Shown: positions 1 through 10,877 of the stretch, piece after piece
Layout of the letters: each line of letters opens with the position of its first letter
Numbering within the stretch: the first letter of the stretch is position 1
Origin: Chloroflexus sp.
GTDB taxonomy: Bacteria; Chloroflexota; Anaerolineae; Anaerolineales; Villigracilaceae
Assembly: GCA_020723995.1 (NCBI GenBank)
Contig: DYHT01000005.1
Location: 3,211-67,210, forward strand
Reading direction: 5' to 3'
Length of the DNA stretch: 64,000 nucleotides
Position numbers and translations under genes: made by a program
The notes under the pieces: model-generated
Seen by the model: only the letters and a program-made list of their open reading frames with translations
Databases searched by the model: none
Told to the model about the DNA's origin: nothing

Positions 1-82
1 ATCCCACTTCTGGTCCCAGGCTGCTGAGTGGCCCTCATTCATTGCAATTCGAAAACTATCCTCACGTCCGGGCATAGGGTTC

Positions 83-2926
83 TCAATTTACTGGCTGTAG
101 CTCATCCCAATTCAAGCCCCAGCGCGCCTCTGTCGAGAGCGGGATGCTTATTTGATAAGCGTTCTCCATCACCTGCTGCACGAGACGGGCCGTTGCGGTC
201 AATTCGGGACGCGGACATTCGATCACCAGTTCATCGTGCACCTGCAAGATCATCCTGCCGTGCAGCCCGGCCGCTTGCAGCGCGGACGGGATGTTCAGCA
301 TTGCCATTTTCATTATATCAGCAGCCGTGCCCTGGATGGGAGCATTAATGGCCTCGCGTTCTTCGCGATTCTTCAGGTTGCGATTCAATTGGCTCTTCAA
401 AGCTGGAAAATAGCGGCGCCGCCCCAGGAGAGTCTCCACGTAACCGAGGCGTGCGGCTTCGCGGCGGATGCCCTCCAGGTAACGCTTGACGCCAGGAAAG
501 CGCTTGAAGTAGGCAGCCACAAAATCTTCCGATTCGGCCAGCGTTAACTCGGTGGTGCGCGTCAGGCCGAAGGCGCTCATGCCATAGATCAGGCCAAAGT
601 TGATCGCCTTGGCGTGGCGGCGTTGTTCCTTGTTGACCTGATCGAGCGGGATGGCGTAGATGGCGGCCGCGGTAGTGGCATGGATGTCCTGCCCAGCGCG
701 AAAGGCATTGAGCATGGCTTCGTCGCCGGCCATGTGCGCCACAATTCGCAGCTCGATCTGCGAGTAATCCACCGAGAGCAGGACGTTTCCAGAATCGGCC
801 ACAAAGCCGCGCCGCACGCGCCGCCCGATTTCGGTGCGGGTGGGGATATTTTGCAAGTTCGGGTTGGAAGACGAGAGACGACCCGTCACCGCGCCGGTTT
901 GGCTGAAGGAGGTGTGCACGCGGCCGGTGGACGGATTGATCTGGGCTGGCAGCGCGTCCACATAGGTAGACTTGAGCTTCGAGAGTTCGCGGTACTCTAG
1001 CACCCAATCCACGACCGGGTGCTGGCCGCGCATCTCGTCCAAAACATCCGCGGAGGTGGAATAATGGCCTGAGGCGGTGCGGCGGCCGCGGTCGGGCGGT
1101 GACAGGCGCAGGGTCTCGAAAAGGACCCCAGAGAGCTGTTGGGTGGAGTTCAGATTGAAGGACTTGCCAACCGCCTCATAGACTTGTTTCTCGGTCGCCG
1201 CCATGCGTTCGCCAAGCTCTTGCGACATCTCAGCGAAGAAGGTTTTATCCAACGCCACACCGGCCAACTCCATTTCTGCCAGCACACTGACCAAAGGCAT
1301 TTCGATGCCGGTAAACAGTTCCCAGGCTTTGGGGATGCGCTTAAGCTCGGCCTCCAGCAAGGCGTGCAGCCGCAGCGTGACCTCCGCGTCCGCGACCGCG
1401 TAGCCAGCCGCATCCTGGATCGTCACCTCGGCCATACTGCGCTGTTTATTGCCGCTGCCAATCAGCTCTTCGATGTGGGTCATCGTCTCGCCCAGCCGGT
1501 CTGCGGCCAGGTTCTTTAAACTCAGGTTGCGCGAGGCAGGGTCGATCACCCACTCTGCGATCATGGTGTCGAAGGCCAGCGGCCTCACGCACAACCCGCG
1601 GCGGGCAAGCATGATGTAGTCGTATTTGAGATTATGCCCAAGCTTGGGAATCATCGGCGCAGTCAACGGGGCGCGCAGGGCGGCCAGCACCGCCTCGAAC
1701 GGCAACTGCCGTCCGGCGTGATGCCCGACCGGGATGTAATAGCCCTCAGCGGGGCGCACGGCCAGCGAGATGCCGACCAAATCCGCGCTCATCTCGTCGG
1801 TGGAAGTGGTTTCGGTGTCAAAGGCGATGATTTCAGCGTCTTGCAGGACTTCGGCGAGGGAATCGAGCGCTTCAGGCGAATCGACCACCTGTACTTTCAC
1901 GTTTGATTCTGACCCTTCGGGATGAGCCTCAGGGCGAAGCCTGGGGCCGGCTGCGAGCAACGAGGCCGGTTCTTTCCCGAAGAGACTCAACTGCTGCGTA
2001 CCGCCCGCCCAATGTCTATCGGCAAGCTCTGCGCCGGTGTGGGTAAGTTTCTTCAGCCGCTCAAGCAAAGAACGGAATTCCAGCTCATTGAAAAGGGCGG
2101 CCACTTTCGCCGAGTCGAAGGCATCCGGGCGGGCCTGTTCGAGGTCGAGCGTGACCGGCAGATCGGTGCGGATCGTGGCGAGTTTTTGGCTCAGGTAGGC
2201 CATCTCTTTGCTGGCTTCCAGTTTGGCGCGCCAGCGCGGCTCGATCTCATCCAGGTGGGCGTAGATCTCATCCAGGGTGGCATATTTCTGGAACAAGAGC
2301 TGGGCAGTCTTCTCACCCACGCCCGCCACACCGGGGATGTTATCGGATTTGTCGCCGACGATGGCCTTATAGTCAACCACCTGTTCCGGGCGCACGCCAA
2401 AGTAATCCACTACATCTTTGGTGGTAATGTAGTCTTTGGCCTCACTCAGCGATTTGCCCGGCAGGCTGACAATGACGCGCTCGGCAACCAACTGCAAAAG
2501 GTCACGGTCGCCGGTGATGATCTTGACCCCCAGCCCCTGAGCAGCGGCTGCACGCGCCGTGCTGCCCAGCACGTCATCGGCCTCGAAACCTTCCATTTCG
2601 AGACGCGGGATATTAAAGGCATCCACCAACTGGCGAATGCGCTCGATCTGCGGGCGCAGGTCATCCGGCATCTTGGCGCGCGTGGCTTTATACTGCGGAT
2701 AGAGATCATCGCGGAAGGTCTTGCCGGTATCGAAAGCCACCGCTAGGTACTCAGGTTTTTCCTGCTCGAGGATACGGAACATGACACTGGCAAAGCCGTA
2801 AATCCCGGCGGTCGGCTCGCCCGTGGAAGTCTGCCAGCGCTGTCTGGAAGCAGAGTAGCCTGTCAGGGCAAAATAAGTGCGATAGGCCAAAGCATGGCCG
2901 TCAATCAAGTACAAGGTAGGGGGCAT
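83..2926 (-). CDS. polA: DNA polymerase I
   Basis: 947-aa ORF. It has a 5'-nuclease N-terminus (LIDGHALAYRTYFA), a 3'-5' exo motif (FDTETT) and family A polymerase motifs (DYSQIELRI, QVHDELV). Confidence 0.97.
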   Translation of the reverse strand: MPPTLYLIDGHALAYRTYFALTGYSASRQRWQTSTGEPTAGIYGFASVMFRILEQEKPEYLAVAFDTGKTFRDDLYPQYKATRAKMPDDLRPQIERIRQLVDAFNIPRLEMEGFEADDVLGSTARAAAAQGLGVKIITGDRDLLQLVAERVIVSLPGKSLSEAKDYITTKDVVDYFGVRPEQVVDYKAIVGDKSDNIPGVAGVGEKTAQLLFQKYATLDEIYAHLDEIEPRWRAKLEASKEMAYLSQKLATIRTDLPVTLDLEQARPDAFDSAKVAALFNELEFRSLLERLKKLTHTGAELADRHWAGGTQQLSLFGKEPASLLAAGPRLRPEAHPEGSESNVKVQVVDSPEALDSLAEVLQDAEIIAFDTETTSTDEMSADLVGISLAVRPAEGYYIPVGHHAGRQLPFEAVLAALRAPLTAPMIPKLGHNLKYDYIMLARRGLCVRPLAFDTMIAEWVIDPASRNLSLKNLAADRLGETMTHIEELIGSGNKQRSMAEVTIQDAAGYAVADAEVTLRLHALLEAELKRIPKAWELFTGIEMPLVSVLAEMELAGVALDKTFFAEMSQELGERMAATEKQVYEAVGKSFNLNSTQQLSGVLFETLRLSPPDRGRRTASGHYSTSADVLDEMRGQHPVVDWVLEYRELSKLKSTYVDALPAQINPSTGRVHTSFSQTGAVTGRLSSSNPNLQNIPTRTEIGRRVRRGFVADSGNVLLSVDYSQIELRIVAHMAGDEAMLNAFRAGQDIHATTAAAIYAIPLDQVNKEQRRHAKAINFGLIYGMSAFGLTRTTELTLAESEDFVAAYFKRFPGVKRYLEGIRREAARLGYVETLLGRRRYFPALKSQLNRNLKNREEREAINAPIQGTAADIMKMAMLNIPSALQAAGLHGRMILQVHDELVIECPRPELTATARLVQQVMENAYQISIPLSTEARWGLNWDELQPVN

Positions 2927-2974
2927 GGAGTGGCTATTCGCGCTCTGCGCGGTTTGGGCAAGAAACGAGCCGGC

Positions 2975-4456
2975 TTATTTCGATTGGGAGGCTGACGCAA
3001 CGCCCTGCCGCTGGCGCGTCTGCAAGATAAAATCCTTGATCAATTGGGCCGCGGCCGGCTGCGTGCCTCCCATGATCAAGTGACCCGGCGCCCAGTAATC
3101 GCCCGAGGGATTTTCCTTCTTGAAGCGCGGAAACTCGGCAAAGATCTTTTCTGAAGTTTGCTGGCGGATGGTACGCATCATGTAACTCGGTGAGGCGACT
3201 GGTGGCACATTTAATAGCCATTGCAGGTAATCCGGGCGCACCGCGATGTATTCCAACCGCCAGCCGAAAGCAACGCAGATTTGCGGCATCCACTCGGCGA
3301 GGCGGTCAGCCAGGTCTCCGGTCAGGTGGTGCTGGGCAAAGCGCGGGATGAGCAGGCACACATAGGTCAGGTTATAGACCGATGGCGAGACCGGCTCTAA
3401 AAAGATTCTTCTCCCCTCCTCGGCAGGCACATGCGGCCGAGTTTCACCTTGCGCATCGGGAGAGCTTTCCTCCTCTTCGACAATTTTATCCCGCTGGCCG
3501 GCCTGGGTATCGGTCTTTCGCTCCATAATGGTCGCGCCTGCAGCGACCATAACCGTCTCCAAGATCTTCGCCTGGGCTGGTTTGGAATACACCCCGGGCT
3601 GGATGGCAATGGGCATAGAAGCCTCTTGGCTGGTTTCTGGTGAGAGGATGTTCTTATCTCCTGCATCCAGTCCGGTTGGCTGGGAAACCGAGAGCGAACG
3701 GACCAATTGGGTGGCTTGCGTCCGGATGGTGTTGAAAGGCGTCTCGGCATCGAAGGTGAGCGCCAAGACCAGGCCGGCGGCCAGCCGCGTGGCATACACC
3801 ATGTGCTCGGCGTTGGTCGAGCCTAGACGGACAAAGCGTACCAGGTCGCTTTCTTCAGTCTGGTCCCAGTAACGCGCCACTAATTGCGCCAGTTCGTGAG
3901 CTGCGCTCTGCGGCAACTGGCCGGCATAAGCCCACAGCTTGTTGTTGCGATTGATCAAGGCGGCTTGGGCCGAGGATTCAAGCGTCAGACGGGTGAGATG
4001 CTGGGCCGCGCGGTTGACGTTGGCAAGCCAGGACATTTCAGGTTCATCTGTGGCTGCGGCGGCAGGAACGTTTTGGGGTGTGCGCTGTGTGGGGGGTCCG
4101 GCTTGAAGTGTTGCAAACATCTTGTCCATTATATCCATTAAATCGGGTAAATAGAAAGGCTTGGCAAGGTGAGCATCAGGCTCCAATTCATTCAGCGCCG
4201 CATCCGGGCCATCCCCTGAAAGGAAGATAAAGCGCATCCCGGCATTGGCATTCAGCAAGGCGCGGCCGGCCTTGAGCGCCTCTGGAATATCGAGGTCCAG
4301 GAACGTCAGCGGGCATTTCTCCTGGCGGGCGTAAATGACCCCATCATCAACCTGGCTCAGGACGCGGACACTGAAGCGGCCTGTCTCTTCCAGGCTGCGG
4401 GCGATCAGTTCTCCAAAGGCAGCATCGCGGGTAAGCACCAAAAGTGGCAGCGCCAT
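2975..4456 (-). CDS. Receiver-like / roadblock(LC7)-like / degenerate IS200-type (Y1) transposase-like domain protein
   Basis: 493-aa ORF lying 48 bp upstream of polA on the same strand. The N-terminus shows a CheY-like pattern (LLVLT..FLDLD..KPF) and the centre an MglB/roadblock-like pattern. The C-terminal ~120 aa aligns by eye to IS200/IS605 TnpA, with PDYLQWLL in place of the HUH motif PDHVHLL and KDFILQ in place of the catalytic Tyr helix. Confidence 0.6.
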   Translation of the reverse strand: MALPLLVLTRDAAFGELIARSLEETGRFSVRVLSQVDDGVIYARQEKCPLTFLDLDIPEALKAGRALLNANAGMRFIFLSGDGPDAALNELEPDAHLAKPFYLPDLMDIMDKMFATLQAGPPTQRTPQNVPAAAATDEPEMSWLANVNRAAQHLTRLTLESSAQAALINRNNKLWAYAGQLPQSAAHELAQLVARYWDQTEESDLVRFVRLGSTNAEHMVYATRLAAGLVLALTFDAETPFNTIRTQATQLVRSLSVSQPTGLDAGDKNILSPETSQEASMPIAIQPGVYSKPAQAKILETVMVAAGATIMERKTDTQAGQRDKIVEEEESSPDAQGETRPHVPAEEGRRIFLEPVSPSVYNLTYVCLLIPRFAQHHLTGDLADRLAEWMPQICVAFGWRLEYIAVRPDYLQWLLNVPPVASPSYMMRTIRQQTSEKIFAEFPRFKKENPSGDYWAPGHLIMGGTQPAAAQLIKDFILQTRQRQGVASASQSK

Positions 4457-4568
4457 ATAAATAGTTTATCACGGCCTTAGTTGTCAGGCAAGTGACCTAA
4501 ATATCAAAGCTGTAATGTTTCGCTAATTCGCTGCTTGACTTTTGGGTCTCATTTGTGCTAGATTCAGT

Positions 4569-4719
4569 GTAACTATTCAGCCAACGCTGAGTACACCGAT
4601 TTGTCACTCTGAGCGGAGCGAAGAGTCCCCTCCAGCGTGGGGGATGCTTCGTCGCACACCGTCCTGGCGGTCGGTGCCAGGGAAAAACGCTCCTCAGCAT
4701 GACAGGCCTGAATAGTTAC
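4569..4719 (+). mobile_element. 151-bp MITE, copy 1 (intergenic)
   Basis: Terminal inverted repeats are GTAACTATTCAGCC...GGCCTGAATAGTTAC. It is flanked by an exact 8-bp direct repeat GATTCAGT (4561-4568 and 4720-4727). It differs by 1 nt from copy 2. Confidence 0.85.
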
Positions 4720-4738
4720 GATTCAGTTAACTTTACAA

Positions 4739-5611
4739 ATGAGGAATATTATGCTTCGCGAACGTGTTTCTGAGAATGTCTACTGGTTTCAAAGTGAAGT
4801 TTACGCCCAAGTGACCGCCGGTGTCGTGCTAGGCCCGCAATGGGCGGTCGTCATAGATACGCTGGCCCTCCCCGATGAAACTTTGGTCATGCGCGATTTT
4901 ATCGAGCACGAACTGGGAGTGCAGGTGCGTTACGTTATCAATACCCATTATCATGCCGACCATACGTGGGGCAACTGTTTTTTTCCGGGCGCGACGATTA
5001 TCGCCCACTCGCTTTGTCGCCAGCAATTATTGGAACGCGGCATCCCCTCGCTGGAGAATGCCCGCAGGCAGAATCCGGCCTTCCGGCAAGTCAAGATCGT
5101 CCTGCCGCAGATGACCTTCGAGCAGGGTTCGCTCTGCCTGCGGGTGGGCAAGAAAAACCTGACCATGATACCAACCCCAGGTCATAGCCTGGACGGAATC
5201 TCGGTCCTGGTTGATGAAGACCGGGTCCTCTTTGCCGGAGATGCCTTCATGTCTCTTCCCTACATAGTGGACGGCGACGTTGACGACATCACCACCTCCA
5301 TCAAACGCATTGGCCGCATGGGACTGGAGAATATCGTCCAAGGTCACGGCGACATCATCCTGCGGGGCGAGATTGAGGCAGCGGTGAAAGAAAATCTGAA
5401 TTACCTGATCAACATCCGTAAAGTGACTAGAGCCGCTGCGCGGCGTCGTGCGCCACAGGAATACATGGACGAGATGCACATCGAGAGCTGCGGCAAGAGT
5501 CGCGTCCATCTGGCCGGGCTGGCGGAGGAACTCCACCAGCGCAACCTGTTTGCGCTTTACAAGCGCACCTTGAAGGAGCAGGAAAGCGCGAAGCAGGAGC
5601 CTCAAGATTAG
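4739..5611 (+). CDS. MBL-fold metallo-hydrolase
   Basis: 290-aa ORF with the HYHADH metal-binding motif and downstream His/Asp residues typical of the beta-lactamase fold. Confidence 0.85.
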   Translation: MRNIMLRERVSENVYWFQSEVYAQVTAGVVLGPQWAVVIDTLALPDETLVMRDFIEHELGVQVRYVINTHYHADHTWGNCFFPGATIIAHSLCRQQLLERGIPSLENARRQNPAFRQVKIVLPQMTFEQGSLCLRVGKKNLTMIPTPGHSLDGISVLVDEDRVLFAGDAFMSLPYIVDGDVDDITTSIKRIGRMGLENIVQGHGDIILRGEIEAAVKENLNYLINIRKVTRAAARRRAPQEYMDEMHIESCGKSRVHLAGLAEELHQRNLFALYKRTLKEQESAKQEPQD

Positions 5612-6255
5612 TGCCGTTTGGCGCGCCAGCCGTGCAGACGCTCCGTGCCACCCAACAGCCGCTTGATATTCGGGCGCAAAGCCCAGATCAGCAAAAGCTC
5701 TGCCAATACGCCGTACAGGACGTACTGCCAGGGTGAAAGACCCAGCGCGGCGCGCAGCACGAAGATGACAATCACCATGAAGGCTACGCTCATCGTCGTC
5801 ACCGAAGCGTAACCCACACCGAACCAGATCAGCGCACCGACCGGCAAAATGATCAGGATGGACGGCCACCACAAGCCTAAGGCCCCCCCCAGGCTTGCGG
5901 CCCCGCCGGCCCCGCCGCCCAGGCGCCAGCGGCCGTGCTCATCACGCTTGGCCAGAAAAATCGAATAATTGTTTCCCAAGATGGCCGCAACCGGCGCGAG
6001 CGCATGAAACCACTCGTTGGGGGTCAACCACGCCGCCAACCAGACCGTGGCAGCCACTTTTAGAACGTCCAGGATGGCAGTGAGCAACCCGGCAGCCCAG
6101 CCGGCCGCGCGCATGACGTTCGTGCCACCCGTCCGCCCGCTCTCGATGGTACGGACATCTTTGCCCGTGAACATTCTAACGATAATCAGGCCAAACGGTA
6201 TGGCCCCAAACAAGTATGACGCAAGCACAATGCTGGCGTCAATTAATATCTCCAT
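5608..6255 (-). CDS. plsY: Glycerol-3-phosphate acyltransferase PlsY
   Basis: 215-aa polytopic membrane ORF. The N-terminus (FGAIPFG) and the G(R)TGGTNVMRAAG motif resemble the PlsY GSGNxGATN signature. Confidence 0.75.
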   Translation of the reverse strand: MEILIDASIVLASYLFGAIPFGLIIVRMFTGKDVRTIESGRTGGTNVMRAAGWAAGLLTAILDVLKVAATVWLAAWLTPNEWFHALAPVAAILGNNYSIFLAKRDEHGRWRLGGGAGGAASLGGALGLWWPSILIILPVGALIWFGVGYASVTTMSVAFMVIVIFVLRAALGLSPWQYVLYGVLAELLLIWALRPNIKRLLGGTERLHGWRAKRH

Positions 6256-6330
6256 TAACCGACACCTCCATTACTAATATATCGGTTCTCTGGGACTTGC
6301 CGTGACGTACCACCATATCTGGCGTGCGGC

Positions 6331-6357
6331 GTAGGGCAAGATACTATCTTGCCCTAC
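6331..6357. repeat. 27-nt perfect palindrome GTAGGGCAAGATA-C-TATCTTGCCCTAC
   Basis: 13-bp arms read directly from the sequence. It belongs to the GTAGG...CCTAC hairpin family also seen at 6972-7030, 15658-15684 and 25428-25501. Confidence 0.85.
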
Positions 6358-6428
6358 ATTTGTGCAATCATCACGGAGTTCGCAAAGAGCCGATATATCT
6401 TTTGTAACTTCTCAAGAAAGTGGGGGAT

Positions 6429-6467
6429 GGGGGATTACGAATAGGCTTCGCCCGTTCGTAATCCCCC
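6429..6467. repeat. Hairpin GGGGGATTACGAA-13 nt-TTCGTAATCCCCC
   Basis: 13-bp perfect inverted repeat in the plsY / JAMM-gene spacer. Confidence 0.7.
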
Positions 6468-6535
6468 AATTTACCTGAATTGTTGAAAAGATACGATCTT
6501 TTGGCAAGGATGGTAACACAAAAAAGTGCGTTGAG

Positions 6536-6961
6536 TTACTCTAAAGTAATGACTTGTGGGCAGCATACTTCTAAGGGAACCTCAAAGAACCTTCCGCCCT
6601 CGATCCAGAAACCACGCGCCTGCCACTCCTCATTTTTCGGCGACCAGACGACATGCACGACCGGATACATGGCCTCGGCCACGTCCGTCAGCGAGGGCTG
6701 GTCCGGTCCAATTGGATGGGAATGATAGATCCCGACCAGTTCCAGTCCCAGGTCCTCGATCCGACAAAATGCGCGCCACTGCGCCCGCGCCTCCATACGA
6801 TAGCGCAGCGGACTGCGGGCTGCGTTACGCATCCCAAACACGGCCTCCACCCGAACCTCTTTCCCGGCCAACAGGCCGCAAGCCTCCAGCGGAGCGCGCC
6901 GCGCCACGTGACGGCGCATGGCATTCCAGTGAGTACAGGTAAGAATGAGTTTTTCGATCAT
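6536..6961 (-). CDS. JAB/MPN (JAMM) domain metalloprotease
   Basis: Perfect JAMM motif HSHPIGPDQPSLTD (HxHx7SxxD) with an upstream Glu. The start is set at MIEKLIL; the longer ORF to 7054 runs through REP-like hairpins. Confidence 0.8.
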   Translation of the reverse strand: MIEKLILTCTHWNAMRRHVARRAPLEACGLLAGKEVRVEAVFGMRNAARSPLRYRMEARAQWRAFCRIEDLGLELVGIYHSHPIGPDQPSLTDVAEAMYPVVHVVWSPKNEEWQARGFWIEGGRFFEVPLEVCCPQVITLE

Positions 6962-6971
6962 GGGAATTTTT

Positions 6972-7030
6972 GTAGGGCGGGATTCATTCCCGCCGAAACA
7001 TAAGGTGGCGGGATTGGAATCCCGCCCTAG
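6972..7030. repeat. Double REP-like hairpin (GGCGGGA..TCCCGCC twice) enclosed by TAGGGCGGGA...TCCCGCCCTA
   Basis: Inverted repeats read directly, in the spacer between two minus-strand genes. Confidence 0.75.
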
Positions 7031-7845
7031 CGGAACCAGATCGCCAGCCCCCACAGCAAAGACAACATCACCGCCGGTTCCACGAATGCCCGGCGGAATG
7101 GATTCCCCTCAGCCAGGTTGGCAGCCAGCCCTGTCAGCGCGTAGGCCGGGCCGAGCAAAATCAACCCAAAACAGACCGGTGCAAGCGGCCAGTAATGTAA
7201 GGCGGCGGCCAGTTGCGCCCCCACCAGCGCAATACCCAGCGCCCAACCGAACTCCCAACGCTCGTTCAAGCGCAGGTGCAGGGTGCGCAGCGCGGCCAAT
7301 CCACCCACCAGGAAGAGCGCCGGCGCCAGCAGGAACAGGCGCGCCCCCGCCAAACGCAAGGCGATTGCCAGGATAAGATAGATCGCGAATGAAAGCGCGG
7401 TCAACGCCGCCGTCGCAAGGGGATAGCGCGTGTCAGACGGATCTACGACCACGTACTCTGCCAGGAAGACCACTACTAATAAGATTCCCCCCAGCCCAAA
7501 GCCCAACCACCAGATCAGACCGGAGGGCAGAGTATAGAGTGTCACGCCGATGACCAGCGTCGTCAGCATGGGCAACAGCCAGTGTTCCACCGTCTCGCCC
7601 GGTTCGAGCGCAGGGTGGGCGCGCAACAGCCAGACTACGCCGGTCGCGGAAAGCCCGGCCGCCAGGACGGCGATGGCTGTATTGAGATTGATGCCGAAGG
7701 TCAGGGCGATGCCTGCCAGGGGTATGTTTACGAAATAATGGGGGGTGCTGATCACGCGCGTTAGTGCGAAGGACAGCAGCACGGCTGCGGTCAGTACGCT
7801 GACCCGGCTGGCATCGATTTGGTATCGATGGGAAATCATGCCCAT
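7027..7845 (-). CDS. Polytopic membrane protein, unknown function
   Basis: Highly hydrophobic ORF with several predicted TM segments. The start is moved to MGMISH because the upstream 17 codons (MLRSV...) are encoded by a MITE remnant. Confidence 0.55.
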   Translation of the reverse strand: MGMISHRYQIDASRVSVLTAAVLLSFALTRVISTPHYFVNIPLAGIALTFGINLNTAIAVLAAGLSATGVVWLLRAHPALEPGETVEHWLLPMLTTLVIGVTLYTLPSGLIWWLGFGLGGILLVVVFLAEYVVVDPSDTRYPLATAALTALSFAIYLILAIALRLAGARLFLLAPALFLVGGLAALRTLHLRLNERWEFGWALGIALVGAQLAAALHYWPLAPVCFGLILLGPAYALTGLAANLAEGNPFRRAFVEPAVMLSLLWGLAIWFR

Positions 7846-7875
7846 ATTATACCGCAGAAGGTGGCAGTCACTTCC

Positions 7876-7902
7876 AAAAAGAACGCTCCTCAGCATGACA
7901 GG
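7876..7902 (+). mobile_element. Remnant of the right part of the 151-bp MITE
   Basis: AACGCTCCTCAGCATGACAGG (7882-7902) is identical to the MITE interior. The terminal inverted repeat is missing. Confidence 0.5.
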
Positions 7903-7983
7903 TCAAAGGACGAATGTTAAAGCCTTGACCTTGGAAGTCCCCCTCGCTGATTCCCAAAGGCTCCCTGTGGTAGAATCTACCGT

Positions 7984-8937
7984 ATGGAATCCGAAAAAGG
8001 AAAAATACCCCCGCCCCCGGGCTTGATCACCTCTTTTGCAGCGGGCTTTGATGCCATCGCTAATAACGTCACGGTCATCGTCATGCCGGTGATATTCGAC
8101 CTTTTCCTCTGGTTGGGACCTCACCTGCGTCTCAAGCGGCTTTTTGAACCATTGATCGCCCAATTTTCAAGTTTGACCGCGCCGGCCTCCTCGCTTGCTC
8201 TGGAGCCGGCCCTGGTGCAGAAAATATGGACACAATTTTTTGAGCAGTTCAACCTGTTTGCCCTCCTGCGCACCTTTCCGGTCGGTATTACCAGCCTAAT
8301 GAGCGGGCGCATGCCCATCCAAGCGCCGTTCGGCTCGCCGGTCAATATTGAGGCGGGGTCCTTTTTCAACGCGCTGGGCTGGTGGCTGTTTCTCGCCACC
8401 TGCGGTTGGATACTGGGGGGTGTGTATTTCTATTGGGTTTCCGGTGTAGCCTTGAAAATACAGCCGCGCTCACTGTCACAATCTTTGATACAGGCTGTCT
8501 TGCTCTCGGTCACCTGGCTGGCCTTGCTGTTCATCTTTGGCCTGCCGGCTTTTCTCGTTTTCTCAATCCTGGCATTGATCAACCCGCTCATGGCCGAAAT
8601 TGACCTGCTCGTCTTCGCCTTGCTCTCGGTCTGGCTGGTATTGCCGATTTTCTTTTCACCGCATGGCATCTTCACCTATCAGCAGAATGCGTGGCTGGCC
8701 ATCCTGAATAGCCTGCGCATGGTACGCTTCACCCTGCCGACCAGCGGCTTGTTCCTGCTCAGTACAATTATCATCAGTCAGGGCCTGGATTTCCTGTGGC
8801 GCACGCCGCCGGAAAACTCCTGGCTGACCTTTATCGGTATCGCCGGGCATGCGTTCGTTTCGACTGCCATCCTGGCGGCCAGCTTCATTTACTATCGGGA
8901 TGTCAATGCCTGGTTACAAGTTGTGACTGATCGGTGA
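7984..8937 (+). CDS. Polytopic membrane protein, unknown function
   Basis: 317-aa ORF with multiple hydrophobic segments. No motif recognised. Confidence 0.6.
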   Translation: MESEKGKIPPPPGLITSFAAGFDAIANNVTVIVMPVIFDLFLWLGPHLRLKRLFEPLIAQFSSLTAPASSLALEPALVQKIWTQFFEQFNLFALLRTFPVGITSLMSGRMPIQAPFGSPVNIEAGSFFNALGWWLFLATCGWILGGVYFYWVSGVALKIQPRSLSQSLIQAVLLSVTWLALLFIFGLPAFLVFSILALINPLMAEIDLLVFALLSVWLVLPIFFSPHGIFTYQQNAWLAILNSLRMVRFTLPTSGLFLLSTIIISQGLDFLWRTPPENSWLTFIGIAGHAFVSTAILAASFIYYRDVNAWLQVVTDR

Positions 8938-10872
<1,935 letters not shown>

Positions 10873-10877
10873 GAAAT

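Noticed and set aside
4497-4700. ORFs encoding [40 protein letters not shown]..., also at 55140-55421 and on the opposite frame at 23506-23709 and 55221-55436.
   Set aside because: They lie entirely within the 151-bp MITE and its flanks. Their recurrence reflects repeat copies, not a gene family.
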